Part shown: one piece after another, positions 18,817 to 29,087 of the stretch | Position numbering within the stretch: the stretch's first letter is position 1 | Layout of the letters: each line of letters starts with the position of its first letter | DNA from: an uncultured delta proteobacterium | Lineage (GTDB): Bacteria; Desulfobacterota; Desulfobacteria; Desulfobacterales; B30-G6 | Length of the DNA stretch: 64,000 bases | Direction: 5' to 3' | Assembly: GCA_963823335.1 (NCBI GenBank) | Contig: CAWGLD010000001.1 | Coordinates: forward strand, 704,001-768,000 | Program-made: the position numbers and the translations under genes | The notes under the pieces: generated by a model | What the model was told of the DNA's origin: nothing | Databases searched by the model: none | The model's input: only the letters and a program-made list of their open reading frames with translations

Positions 18817-20967
18817 ATGCTGAAAACATGGTTTGTTCGATTTGCATATGCTGGATGCAAGGATGGTGATACACCTGAGTTACGACTGCAAAAAGCCATC
18901 TTGGTGGTTATTCCGACGGCCATAAGTATCAGCTGTATATTCTGGTCATTGGCCTATTATTTTTTTCATAAACCCCTATCTGCATCCATTCCCGGTGGTT
19001 ACGCTATTTTTTCAACTTTGAGCATTGCAATATTCTTTCGTACAAAAAACTACACCATCTTTAGATTCAGCCAGATTTTCCTTATTCTGTGGTTACCTTT
19101 TTTATTGCAGGCCAGCCTCGGGGGATTTCGATACGGCAGTGCAGTCCAGGTTTGGGCCATGCTGGCCCCTATTAGTGCGTTAATGTTTCACGGGGTGCGT
19201 CCTGCAAATTACTGGCTTCTGGCGTACCTTGGCATGACAGTTGTTTCCGGCTTACTTGAATCCACCTTTTCTATGCATGTTACACCGTTATCTGAAACCT
19301 TCATTGATGCGTTTTTTGTGTTAAACATTTGCATCGCTTTTTCCATCGTATTTATGAGTGTGCAATATTACGTGACAGAAAATTCCCGGATCCTCAGGGT
19401 GATCAGGGATCAGGCTAAAAAATTGATGGAAATGGATCAGATCAAGAATCGTTTTTTTGCCAATATCTCTCATGAATTTAGAACACCCCTGGCCTTGACT
19501 CTGGGGCCATTGGAAGATGCATTAAATGGTGAGTATGGCAATTTAGGTGAAAAACTCACGCATCAGTTGCAGGTCATGTTACGCAACAGTCGCCGATTGC
19601 TGCGCTTGATCAACCAGTTACTCGATATCAGCAAACTTGAATCCGGGGAAATGCAGCTCAAGTTGAACAATCATGATATCCGCCATTATTTAAAAACTGT
19701 GCACCAGTCTTTTATTCCCTTTGCGGAAAGAAAACGAATTAGTTTTGAATTTGATAGCAAAGGCGGTACGTTGAATGCCCAGTACGATAAGGAAAAAATG
19801 GATAAAGTGATCAATAACCTGTTATCCAATGCGTTTAAGTTCACACCCCAAGGTGGACACATCAAGTTGTCGGTAAAGGATGTCCGTCAGGATGAGCTGG
19901 ACTATACAGAGATCACTGTTAAAGATAATGGTGCCGGTATTTCCAGCGAGAATATCGACAAAGTGTTTGATCGTTTTTATCAGGTTGATGGCTCTTCAAC
20001 ACGAGAGCATGAAGGAACCGGTATTGGGCTTTCGCTGGTCAAGGAACTTGTGGAACTGCATCACGGAACTCTCGAGCTAAAGAGTGAGCCCGGATTTGGC
20101 AGTGAGTTCAAAATATTACTTCCACATGTACAGAATATCAAGGAGTTAGATACGCGTATTGAAAAAGATCCTGACTATCAGGGCAACACCCATGTTGAAC
20201 TGGCCAGTATTGATTCAGCACCTGATTTTATTGTGTCGTCACAAACACAGGTGCTGAATCAATCGAACAGTTTCCCACGGGTATTGGTCGTTGATGATAA
20301 TAAAGACATTCGCCAGTATGTCAGTAATTGTCTTTTAACTTCTTACCAGGTGTTCACTGCTTGTGATGGCAGCCAGGGTCTGCAGCAAGTAAAACAGCAC
20401 CACCCTGATCTGATCATTAGTGACATCATGATGCCTGGAATGGATGGTTATGAATTTTGTCGAAATTTGAAAGACAACAGCGACACTCGGCATATTCCAC
20501 TTATATTTCTAACCGCCAAAGCCTCCAATGAAATGCTGATCGAGGGTCTCAACCTGGGAGCAGATGACTATTTGGTGAAACCTTTTAACTCAAAAGAACT
20601 ACTGGCAAGAGTGAACAATCTTATTACCTTGAAACAACAGGAAAAGGCACTCATAGAACTCAACAGTGCATTGGAAAAGCAGGGCATAGATTATGTCATG
20701 CGTTCAAGAATAGGGATACACCAGGACTACGTCACCGTCGGTAATTTTGGCTCGAGGAATTTGATGGAATATACAGCTGTAGGGCGCGGTGTCAATCTTG
20801 CCAGTCGTCTGGAAAGTTCCTGTACGCCCGGCAATCTCAAGGTCAGTCAGACGATTTATTCACTGGCCCGGGATCAATTCCCTTTCGGCCCATTACAAGA
20901 AGAGCAATTCAGGGGCTTTAATCGGAAAATTAGCGTCAGCGAATTGAATCCGATCTCTTATTTGTGA
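18817..20967 (+). CDS. Membrane hybrid sensor kinase (TM-HisKA-HATPase-REC) ending in a partial class III nucleotidyl cyclase domain
   Basis: FFANISHEFRTPL, NLLSNAFKFT, DNGAG, GTGIGL, SDIMMPGMDG, then RIGIH..GNFGS..YTAVG..VNLASRLES. Confidence 0.88.
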   Translation: MLKTWFVRFAYAGCKDGDTPELRLQKAILVVIPTAISISCIFWSLAYYFFHKPLSASIPGGYAIFSTLSIAIFFRTKNYTIFRFSQIFLILWLPFLLQASLGGFRYGSAVQVWAMLAPISALMFHGVRPANYWLLAYLGMTVVSGLLESTFSMHVTPLSETFIDAFFVLNICIAFSIVFMSVQYYVTENSRILRVIRDQAKKLMEMDQIKNRFFANISHEFRTPLALTLGPLEDALNGEYGNLGEKLTHQLQVMLRNSRRLLRLINQLLDISKLESGEMQLKLNNHDIRHYLKTVHQSFIPFAERKRISFEFDSKGGTLNAQYDKEKMDKVINNLLSNAFKFTPQGGHIKLSVKDVRQDELDYTEITVKDNGAGISSENIDKVFDRFYQVDGSSTREHEGTGIGLSLVKELVELHHGTLELKSEPGFGSEFKILLPHVQNIKELDTRIEKDPDYQGNTHVELASIDSAPDFIVSSQTQVLNQSNSFPRVLVVDDNKDIRQYVSNCLLTSYQVFTACDGSQGLQQVKQHHPDLIISDIMMPGMDGYEFCRNLKDNSDTRHIPLIFLTAKASNEMLIEGLNLGADDYLVKPFNSKELLARVNNLITLKQQEKALIELNSALEKQGIDYVMRSRIGIHQDYVTVGNFGSRNLMEYTAVGRGVNLASRLESSCTPGNLKVSQTIYSLARDQFPFGPLQEEQFRGFNRKISVSELNPISYL

Positions 20968-21079
20968 CATTTTATTACATTGAAATCATCTTTCATTTCT
21001 ACTATACATAAAATCGATTAACACTCTTATGACAAGCGACGTTGTCGCCCATACGAACAGCAAGCAGGAGACGGTACAG

Positions 21080-21742
21080 ATGAAGAAATGGCGTTGCACG
21101 GTCTGTGGTTATATCCACGACGGGGATGAACCCCCTGAAAAATGCCCGGTTTGCGGTGCAGACAAAAGCCTGTTCGAAGAAATCATAGAAGAAGCACCCG
21201 CAGAACAACCGGATTCAAAAACAGCGCAAGAGAAAACAACCCAGGCACCCGCTGCGCCCGAAAGTATGGATCCAGAGCCCGAACCCAAAACCGTTTTCGA
21301 CCGGCTTTTCCGATTCAAGATTCAGATGATGCTCAAACACCACGCCCATCCTGTCTCCGTCCATATCCCCAATGGAGTCTTGCCCGTCTCCTTTGTCTTG
21401 ATGATCCTCAGCACCCTGACCGGCGCCACCTCCCTGGCAACGGCTGCCCATATCAATATGGTCTTCGTGGTCCTGACACTCCCTTTTGTTTTGTTCTCAG
21501 GTTATATCGAATGGCAACACCGTTACAAGGGTCTGCGCTCGTCCCGTTTCATCACAAAAATCATCTGTGCCGGCATCGTGACCGTCACGTCCGTGCTTCT
21601 GGTGCTCTGGTGGGTTTCCGACCCTGGTATCCTGCAGACAGCCTCTCTGGCGCGTATGGCCTTTCTCTTCATCGGCCTGATCATGCTGACGGCGGCGGCG
21701 ATCGCCGGATGGATCGGCGGGAAGCTGGTGTTTAAAGATTAG
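21080..21742 (+). CDS. Rubredoxin-like domain fused to a DUF2231-like membrane domain
   Basis: [12 protein letters not shown]...[14 protein letters not shown] and several hydrophobic helices; AGGAG SD. Confidence 0.82.
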   Translation: MKKWRCTVCGYIHDGDEPPEKCPVCGADKSLFEEIIEEAPAEQPDSKTAQEKTTQAPAAPESMDPEPEPKTVFDRLFRFKIQMMLKHHAHPVSVHIPNGVLPVSFVLMILSTLTGATSLATAAHINMVFVVLTLPFVLFSGYIEWQHRYKGLRSSRFITKIICAGIVTVTSVLLVLWWVSDPGILQTASLARMAFLFIGLIMLTAAAIAGWIGGKLVFKD

Positions 21743-21771
21743 AATCAACGCCTGAACCGTTGATTCTAATC
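21738..21771. terminator. Hairpin, possible terminator
   Basis: ATTAGAATCAACG-CCTGAAC-CGTTGATTCTAAT inverted repeat; no clear T-tract. Confidence 0.45.
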
Positions 21772-21877
21772 AGGGTTCGAGGGTGATACAAGGGTGATAA
21801 GAGGGTTGGAGGGTGGCTGACAGCCGTGAGCGAAAGCAACCCAACGAACCCAATAAACGCAACAAACACAACAAACT
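21772..21877. repeat. G-rich 8-mer arm followed by a C/A-rich 9-mer arm
   Basis: AGGGTTCGAGGGTGATACAAGGG... then AACCCAACGAACCCAATAAACGCAACAAACACAACAAAC. Confidence 0.7.
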
Positions 21878-21890
21878 ATAGGCTATCCGT

Positions 21891-23579
21891 ATGTATGAAC
21901 TCACCGAGTCTCAAAAAGCCAGACACGCTATCCGCGAATTCAAGACCATTACGGATGCCCTGGCCTTGAGGGGATTCTATCGGCCATCGGGCAAGTTTGG
22001 CAAGGCCCTTGAAAGCTGTCTTAAAAACCTGAGCCCTGAAATCTACGGCTCCATGAACGATCCCCGGGTCGTGGAGTTAAAGGGTCTGGAATATGTCATC
22101 GATCGATTGCCACGCGGTATCGAAGCGTGTACGAAAATTATTCTGACCGAGGAAAATCCACCCCAAAACAGTGCCTTCGAGAGAATCGAACCCCTGAAAC
22201 GACGCAGAACATCCTATCGGGTCAGCAGCCGTGAGGTCTGCATGGTCATTTCGCGAGGAATAAGCGAAATTTATGATATCCTGACGCACATGACATTTCT
22301 TTTTTCCGAGGCCAAAAAGATTCACACCCGCATGAAAGACGACTCGGACGATATCTCCATGGAGTGGAGCGCGCTCAAGCATACCGTCGAGCATCTTGAC
22401 GAACTCAACGACATGCAACTGGATCAGGCCCTCTGGAATCTCAGCATCATCCTGGGCAGATCTTATCGGGAAACCAAAGACACCTTTACTTATCTTGAAG
22501 ACAACAAACAACGCTCCGGCAGTAACAACGGGCTGTTCTCATTGATCTTCCACCTCGGAAAACTCATCGAGGATGAAAGCATCTCCCGGGAAAACGCCCT
22601 GGTGATTTACCTGCAGCCATCCCTGATGAATATCATCGGCCAGCAGCGATACGGAAGAATGTGGGCCGAGGACATAAAGGCCAAGCTGCTGTCCATGGAT
22701 CTCCTGAAACGACCTGTCCACATTATCAGCGCCAACCTGCACAGTACGGTCAATCTGTTATACGGTTTTGCCGCCATCGACAAAAACAAAACCATGTCCA
22801 TGGAAGACGACCTGTACCGGTTCATCCAACAGATTCGAACCATCAGCGAAGAAATCAACGTCTATGGTGAGACACATGGGTTGACCACGGTGCGTGATCG
22901 TTCCGGGACCCATATCGATTGTCAGATCATCGATTCCGCACAATTCAAATCACTCCCTTTTCACCCGGAGATCTCCATCGCCTTGCCCGATTCCGACCAG
23001 GAACACCCGGTCATTATCGTTATAGATTACGCATTTGGGGCCCAGGCTTTCGAACTCATGGAAAATCTGCTCAAACCGCTCAAAGATGGTGACACAAATG
23101 TCCACTTGAATATCCAATCCATCTCCATCATGGGAAAAGCCGGCATCCTCTCCGGGAAAAAAGGGGACATCATGCTGGCCACGGCCCATGTATTCGAGGG
23201 CACTTCGGACAACTACATTTTTGAGAACGATTTGCATGCACCTGCGTTTGACCCCACCGTGGATGTGTACACGGGTCCCATGGTGACGGTGTTGGGAACC
23301 TCTCTCCAGAACCGGGACGTACTGCACAAATTTCTGGAAGACTGGAAAACGGTCGGATTGGAGATGGAAGGTGGACACTACCAGCGGGCCATCAGCGCTG
23401 CCATCATCAAAGGTAACATCTCCAAGGATATCACCCTGCGTTATGCATATTATGGCTCTGACAATCCATTGATGACTGGTCATACGTTGGCCGCCGGCGC
23501 CATGGGAGAAGAAGGCGTCAAGCCGACCTATATGATCACCAAGGTGTTGCTGGAAAAAATATTTTATTCCGCCAAGTAG
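21891..23579 (+). CDS. Conserved hypothetical protein (DUF6909-like) with a nucleoside-phosphorylase-like C-terminus
   Basis: 562 aa ORF with SIMGKAG, TVLGTSLQN, GLEMEGGHY and YYGSDNP motifs. Confidence 0.7.
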   Translation: MYELTESQKARHAIREFKTITDALALRGFYRPSGKFGKALESCLKNLSPEIYGSMNDPRVVELKGLEYVIDRLPRGIEACTKIILTEENPPQNSAFERIEPLKRRRTSYRVSSREVCMVISRGISEIYDILTHMTFLFSEAKKIHTRMKDDSDDISMEWSALKHTVEHLDELNDMQLDQALWNLSIILGRSYRETKDTFTYLEDNKQRSGSNNGLFSLIFHLGKLIEDESISRENALVIYLQPSLMNIIGQQRYGRMWAEDIKAKLLSMDLLKRPVHIISANLHSTVNLLYGFAAIDKNKTMSMEDDLYRFIQQIRTISEEINVYGETHGLTTVRDRSGTHIDCQIIDSAQFKSLPFHPEISIALPDSDQEHPVIIVIDYAFGAQAFELMENLLKPLKDGDTNVHLNIQSISIMGKAGILSGKKGDIMLATAHVFEGTSDNYIFENDLHAPAFDPTVDVYTGPMVTVLGTSLQNRDVLHKFLEDWKTVGLEMEGGHYQRAISAAIIKGNISKDITLRYAYYGSDNPLMTGHTLAAGAMGEEGVKPTYMITKVLLEKIFYSAK

Positions 23580-23584
23580 GCCGA

Positions 23585-23672
23585 TGTTCTATGTTCATTG
23601 AGTTTCTTGGGTTTTTTGAGTTGTATCTGGTTGTGAGCGTATAGCAAAAGAAATACAAACCCAATGAACTCA
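23585..23672. repeat. Inverted 9-mer arrays between convergent genes
   Basis: GTTCATTGAGTTTCTTGGG...ACCCAATGAACTCAA. Confidence 0.6.
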
Positions 23673-25331
23673 AAGAACCGATTTCCGCATTTCTTTCAAT
23701 GTATTGATCAGCCCGTTCGTTGACGAATCATGTGTTGCGACCCGCTGATTGTCCTGCAGCTCCGGCAGAATTTTATTGGCCAGTTGCTTACCGAGCGCCA
23801 CCCCCCACTGATCAAAACTGAAGATGTTCCAGATAATGCCCTGGACGAATATTTTATGCTCGTACAGGGCGATCAACTGTCCCAGAACACGCGGTGTCAA
23901 CTGCTTGAACAAGATCGAGTTGGTGGGTTGGTTTCCTTTAAAAACTTTATGCGGGACGCATCGCTTGAGGTCTTCTTCGTCTTTTCCCGCGGCTCTCATT
24001 TCCGCGGCCACCACCTCTTCGGTTTTACCGTTCATGAGGGCCTCTGTCTGAGCAAAAAAATTGGACAAAAGGATCGCATGATGATCACCCACAGGATTAT
24101 GCGTGATGGCGGGTGCCAGGAAATCCGAAGGCACCAGCCGGGTTCCCTGGTGAATCAGCTGGTAAAAAGCATGCTGGCCGTTGGTGCCTGGTTCTCCCCA
24201 TACGATGGGTCCTGTCCGGCAGGTGACCGCCCTGCCGTTTCTGTCGATGGACTTGCCATTGCTTTCCATGTTAGCCTGTTGAAGATAGGCCGGAAACCGA
24301 TGCATGTACTGGTCATAGGGTAGAACGGCTTCGGTTTCGGCACCAAAGAAGTTATTGTACCAGAGATGAACCAATGCCAGGACAACCGGAAGATTGACCT
24401 CAAACCGGGCCGTTCGGAAATGCCGGTCCATGTCATAACCTCCCTCCAGCAAGGCTTGATAGTTTTCAAAACCGATACTGCAGGCGATGGACAGCCCGAT
24501 GGCTGACCAGAGCGAATACCTGCCGCCGACCCAGTCCCAGAAACGAAACATGTTGTCCGGGTGAATACCGAATTTTTCGATTGCCGGCTGGTTGGTGGAA
24601 ATCGCCACAAAGTGTCTGGCGATATGCGCTTTATCCCCGGCCCGAGACAGAAACCACTTCCTGGCCGACTCGGCATTGGTCATGGTCTCCTGGGTGGTAA
24701 ACGTTTTTGAAGCGATCAGGAACAAGGTGGTTTCCGGATCCAAACCTTTCAAGGTCTCTGTGATGTGGGTGCCATCGACATTGGAAATAAAATGAACCGA
24801 CAGGCCCGGTCTGGCATACGGCTTCAGACACTCGGTCACCATCCGGGGACCCAGATCCGAACCACCGATCCCTATATTCACGATGTCCGCGATTTTTTTT
24901 CCGGAATACCCCCGCCAATCGCCGGTGTTGACGCTGATTGAAAAGGCACGCATCTGTGCCAGAACGGCATTCACGTCCGGCATGACATCCTGGCCATCGA
25001 CCATCATGGGACGATTGCCCCTGTTCCTCAGGGCCACATGAAGCACGGCCCTGCTTTCGGTTTCATTGATGCTGTCACCCTGAAACATTTTTTCGATGGC
25101 ATCCGCCAGGTGAACCTCTTCTGCAAGCTGGAAGAGCAGGCCCAGGGTCTTTTCCGTTATGCGGTTTTTGGAATAGTCCACGAGAATGTCCTTGAATCGA
25201 ATGGAGAATTTTTCAAATCGCCGGGGGTCCGAATGGAAGAGGTCTATCATGTGGGTGTCTTTAATTTCTTCAAAATGGGACGCCAGCGCCTGCCAGCTCA
25301 TTGTTCGGGTGGGGTCTGTTTTTTCCAGCAT
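23670..25331 (-). CDS. pgi: Glucose-6-phosphate isomerase
   Basis: [41 protein letters not shown] and [15 protein letters not shown]. Confidence 0.97.
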   Translation of the reverse strand: MLEKTDPTRTMSWQALASHFEEIKDTHMIDLFHSDPRRFEKFSIRFKDILVDYSKNRITEKTLGLLFQLAEEVHLADAIEKMFQGDSINETESRAVLHVALRNRGNRPMMVDGQDVMPDVNAVLAQMRAFSISVNTGDWRGYSGKKIADIVNIGIGGSDLGPRMVTECLKPYARPGLSVHFISNVDGTHITETLKGLDPETTLFLIASKTFTTQETMTNAESARKWFLSRAGDKAHIARHFVAISTNQPAIEKFGIHPDNMFRFWDWVGGRYSLWSAIGLSIACSIGFENYQALLEGGYDMDRHFRTARFEVNLPVVLALVHLWYNNFFGAETEAVLPYDQYMHRFPAYLQQANMESNGKSIDRNGRAVTCRTGPIVWGEPGTNGQHAFYQLIHQGTRLVPSDFLAPAITHNPVGDHHAILLSNFFAQTEALMNGKTEEVVAAEMRAAGKDEEDLKRCVPHKVFKGNQPTNSILFKQLTPRVLGQLIALYEHKIFVQGIIWNIFSFDQWGVALGKQLANKILPELQDNQRVATHDSSTNGLINTLKEMRKSVL

Positions 25332-25513
25332 TGCAACACCTGTCCAGGTTGATGGAGATATCAGTATTTTGTTGACGGGCTCAAGAGATTTCCTGTACAT
25401 TACTGTACATTATATGGTTGTAATCCCCCTTGAGGGGATACTTGTCATAAAGATGTTCCGAATAAGGCCCTCGATACAGGAGTATCCGGAGCATATCACT
25501 CCGACAATTAAAT

Positions 25514-26089
25514 ATGATGGATCATTATTTCATGAAATACGGCCAGATACTTATGGGTACCCTATTCTGTCTTCTTGTTCAACAGAATATCCATGCTCAA
25601 ACCCTCTATACATGGAAAGACGCCACGGGCACGATCCATATTTCCAAACACAAACCCCCGGCAGACCAGCCCTTGACAGACCAGCGGCACTATACGACCA
25701 GACTTGCTTCCAAACCGGAAATCAAAACGTCGGCGCCTGCCGAGACAGGCGCTGACACTGTTCTAACAGCAGCCAGACAGGCAAAGCTGGCCAGAGAACA
25801 GGCAGAGAGAGCCAGACGCATTGCTGAAGAGGCCATTCAAGAGGCCACTCAGGTAAGAACGGAAACCGACGCCTTTCTTGAACCCTGGCGAAACAAAACA
25901 CGGATTAGAAAAAACATGCAGCTACAGATCGAAAGCCGCATTCAAAAAGCCAACCAGTCCATTGCCAAAGCAGGCTATCTCATTGATGCCGCCAACGAGG
26001 CCGAACAAATAGCGCAAGCCGCCGAAAATGAAGCCCGAAAAACCCAGGATCATTTTTTTAAAGCCTACAGAGACATCATTACAAATTAG
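25514..26089 (+). CDS. Exported DUF4124-like protein with a coiled-coil C-terminus
   Basis: Signal-like N-terminus, LYTWKDATGTIHISKHKPP, Ala/Glu-rich helices. Confidence 0.7.
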   Translation: MMDHYFMKYGQILMGTLFCLLVQQNIHAQTLYTWKDATGTIHISKHKPPADQPLTDQRHYTTRLASKPEIKTSAPAETGADTVLTAARQAKLAREQAERARRIAEEAIQEATQVRTETDAFLEPWRNKTRIRKNMQLQIESRIQKANQSIAKAGYLIDAANEAEQIAQAAENEARKTQDHFFKAYRDIITN

Positions 26090-26231
26090 TGTCCGTCCAG
26101 AAATGAGGATTTTTGCGTGAGATCAAGGCGGACGACAGATTTAAGCCGGAGTAATCGCGTTCAATTTTGAGGAGTTAAATCATGGCGTCCAACGCCGATA
26201 TCGCGGAAAAAAACCATGTGTGGATGGGCAC
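26089..26231. mobile_element. MITE-like element with imperfect terminal inverted repeats
   Basis: GTGTCCGTCCA...TGGATGGGCAC ends; internal TCAAGGCG...CAACGC core shared with 62209-62333. Confidence 0.6.
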
Positions 26232-26251
26232 AAAATAGGGAACCACGCAAC

Positions 26252-27988
26252 ATGCAAAAGCACATTTTACCGAAAAACCAGGAAAAAGATACCTCTGTCA
26301 TGGAAAAACCCGAAGCACCACCACCCAACTTCATCCGTAATATCATCGAAGATGATTTCAAAACCAATAAATTCGGCCAGAGAGTAGCGACTCGCTTCCC
26401 ACCAGAACCCAACGGCTATCTGCATATCGGCCATGCCAAGTCCATCTGTCTGAACTTCGGCCTGGCCACCGAAAATAACGGCACATGCAATTTACGATTT
26501 GATGACACCAATCCATCCAAGGAGAACGTCGAATATGTCGACGCCATCCAACAGGATGTGCGCTGGCTTGGCTTCGATTGGGGGAAAAGACGCTTTTTTG
26601 CCTCGGACTATTTCGAACAGCTGTATGCCTATGCCTGCCAGCTCATCCAAAAAGGGAAGGCCTATGTGGACAGCCTGAGTGCCGACGAGACAAAGACCTA
26701 TCGCGGCACACTGACCGAAGTGGGTCAGGAAAGCCCTTATCGCACGCGATCCATCCAAGAAAATCTCGATCTGTTTCAGAGAATGCGCAACGGCGAGTTC
26801 GAAGACGGCGCACATGTTCTGCGCGCTAAAATCGACATGACCCATCCAAATCTCCTGATGCGGGATCCCACACTATATCGAATAAGAAAGATATCTCACC
26901 ACAGGACCGGGGATGCGTGGTGCATATACCCCATGTACGATTTTACCCACTGTCTTTCAGACTCTCTTGAAGGAATCACACATTCCATATGTACCCTCGA
27001 GTTCGAGAACAACCGCCAGTTGTACGATTGGATTCTGGATGCGCTCGAGGTCTATCACCCGCAGCAGATTGAATTCGCACGCCTGAATCTAAGCTATACT
27101 GTCTTGAGTAAGCGACGGCTGATCCAGCTCGTGGAAGAAAAGCATGTCTCAGGATGGGATGATCCGAGACTGTTGACCATTTCCGGTTTGAAAAGACGGG
27201 GGTACACACCCGAAGCCATTCGGAATTTCTGTGAACGCATCGGTGTCGCCCGAAGAGACAGTATGGTGGATATGGCCCTTTTGGAGTACACCATCCGGGA
27301 AGACCTCAATAAGAGAGCCCCACGGGTGATGGGTGTTCTCAATCCTTTGCGGGTGATCATCGACAACTACCCGGAAGGACAGGTGGAAGAAGTCGAGGCG
27401 GAAAACAACCCGGAGGACGCCGGCATGGGTTCGCGTAAGCTGCCCTTCTCCCGGGAGCTGTTCATCGAAAAAGAAGATTTCATGGAAGAGCCACCCAAAA
27501 AATTCTTTCGTTTGGCACCGGGTCGTGAAGTCCGGCTCAAGCATGCCTATTACATTACCTGCCATCATGTGGAAAAGGATACGGCCACCGGAGAAATCCA
27601 GACACTCCACTGTTCCTACGATCCGGCAACACGCGGCGGCTGGTCCGACGACGGCCGAAGGGTCAAGGGAACGCTTCACTGGGTATCTGCTCCGCATGCT
27701 CTGAAAGCAGAGGTCAGACTTTACGAACACCTCTTCAGCAAAGAAAATCCCAATGACCTCAAAGAGGGGCAGAACTTCAAAAATATTTTGAACCCGAAGT
27801 CACTGACGGTGTTGAGCGAGTGCTATGTGGAACCGGGCCTGGCGGCGGCGAAACCCGGGTCCCATTATCAATTTCTGCGGCAGGGATATTTTTGTGTCGA
27901 TACGGTGGACACCACGGAAACCCACCCTGTTTTCAATCGCATTGTAACATTGCGGGATACCTGGGCGAAGATACAGAAGAAGGGTTAA
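26252..27988 (+). CDS. glnS: Glutamine--tRNA ligase (start at 26252 or 26300)
   Basis: [46 protein letters not shown] and GWDDPR. Confidence 0.97.
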   Translation: MQKHILPKNQEKDTSVMEKPEAPPPNFIRNIIEDDFKTNKFGQRVATRFPPEPNGYLHIGHAKSICLNFGLATENNGTCNLRFDDTNPSKENVEYVDAIQQDVRWLGFDWGKRRFFASDYFEQLYAYACQLIQKGKAYVDSLSADETKTYRGTLTEVGQESPYRTRSIQENLDLFQRMRNGEFEDGAHVLRAKIDMTHPNLLMRDPTLYRIRKISHHRTGDAWCIYPMYDFTHCLSDSLEGITHSICTLEFENNRQLYDWILDALEVYHPQQIEFARLNLSYTVLSKRRLIQLVEEKHVSGWDDPRLLTISGLKRRGYTPEAIRNFCERIGVARRDSMVDMALLEYTIREDLNKRAPRVMGVLNPLRVIIDNYPEGQVEEVEAENNPEDAGMGSRKLPFSRELFIEKEDFMEEPPKKFFRLAPGREVRLKHAYYITCHHVEKDTATGEIQTLHCSYDPATRGGWSDDGRRVKGTLHWVSAPHALKAEVRLYEHLFSKENPNDLKEGQNFKNILNPKSLTVLSECYVEPGLAAAKPGSHYQFLRQGYFCVDTVDTTETHPVFNRIVTLRDTWAKIQKKG

Positions 27989-28225
27989 AGGGGTGCAGGG
28001 TTAAGGGTTTTAAGGGTAAGCTCACTGACTAACGCTGATAGCGGCCTTGTAGTTTTACACCTCCCAGGCATACTCGACGCTTTCAGCTGATGGCGCCCCC
28101 CCTCTCACACCCTCAAAACCTTGTATGCTGGGAAACGTGGATGCTTGGAGGCGGGGATGCCGCTGTCTGCTCACAGCTGTCGGCCACCCTCCAACCCTTG
28201 CATCCCCCTCGAACCCTAGACCCTT
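27982..28225. repeat. GGG-rich 8-mer arrays after the stops of convergent glnS and amrB
   Basis: GGGTTAAAGGGGTGCAGGGTTAAGGGTTTTAAGGG on +; CCCTCCAACCCTTGCATCCCCCTCGAACCCTAGACCC before the amrB stop. Confidence 0.7.
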
Positions 28226-28228
28226 CTA

Positions 28229-29086
28229 TTAAAATACGATACCGACATACCCCACAAAACTGTCTCCCGGACGCTTGTCGTAACTGGTGGCATAAGCAGT
28301 TTGTGTTGCCGTGGCCGCTCCCAGGGCTTTACCTGCAGCCATGGCTGCAGCAGCCGCTCCGGAACAGCACGCGTTCTGATTCGTCAGGGCTTCCTCAATT
28401 ACCCCTGAGGGATTCATGGTCAGCATGGCTTCGATGATCCTGCGATCATTCTCATTCCGGACCCACTTCACGGCTGACGTGCCCGTCCCCTCTGGAATAA
28501 ACCCGTAATCAAAACCGTAGTGCGTTAGATCCGTGGATCCGATAACCCTGGCACAAATACCAAGATCAGATGATATTTCTGCTGCAGCTTTGCCGATCTC
28601 CAGAGATGTCTTCTTGGGTGGCAATCCCATGGGGACAATCTTGGCCTTCGGGAAAAAATATTTAATGAAAGGCAATTGCAGTTCGATGGTGTTGTCTTTG
28701 GTGTGGTTATGGGCTGTTTCCATGCGGAATGGAAATCTTTCGGTCAGGCGTCGGGCAAGTTCCGTTTCAATGGCAAGATCACCAAAGGGTGTTTCCCAAG
28801 CCCCTTCCATCATGATGTAGTTGGGCGAAGAAGGGTGGAGATGCATGCCGAATAAAATGAACACATCGGGCGGCGTGCCTGTTTTGAGTGCCTGAATCAC
28901 ATGGCAGGCGATTGCCCCTGAAAAATACCAGCCGGCGTGTGGCACGATACCGCCAACCCATGGACCGCTTGGAATTTCAAGCGCTTTTAAACCCAAAAAC
29001 TGCTTGATTTCGCGCTCACAGGCTTCGGGAATGTCTGGATACCAGCTTCCAGCAAACGAGGCTCTGCGCACAGTCATGTTACCCAC
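28229..29086 (-). CDS. amrB: AmmeMemoRadiSam system protein B (MEMO1 family)
   Basis: AGSWYP, IVPHAGW.FSG, WETPFG, IELQLPF, STDLTHYG and SFVGY. Confidence 0.9.
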   Translation of the reverse strand: MGNMTVRRASFAGSWYPDIPEACEREIKQFLGLKALEIPSGPWVGGIVPHAGWYFSGAIACHVIQALKTGTPPDVFILFGMHLHPSSPNYIMMEGAWETPFGDLAIETELARRLTERFPFRMETAHNHTKDNTIELQLPFIKYFFPKAKIVPMGLPPKKTSLEIGKAAAEISSDLGICARVIGSTDLTHYGFDYGFIPEGTGTSAVKWVRNENDRRIIEAMLTMNPSGVIEEALTNQNACCSGAAAAAMAAGKALGAATATQTAYATSYDKRPGDSFVGYVGIVF

Positions 29087-29087
29087 C

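Noticed and set aside
15119-21000. Integrative element or prophage at tRNA-Gln
   Set aside because: No integrase, and I found no duplicated tRNA 3' end by eye.
28090-28437. ORFs running through repeat spacers (also 37860-38117, 43373-43621, 55312-55695, 58692-58982)
   Set aside because: They are translations of low-complexity repeat arms plus antisense coding sequence.
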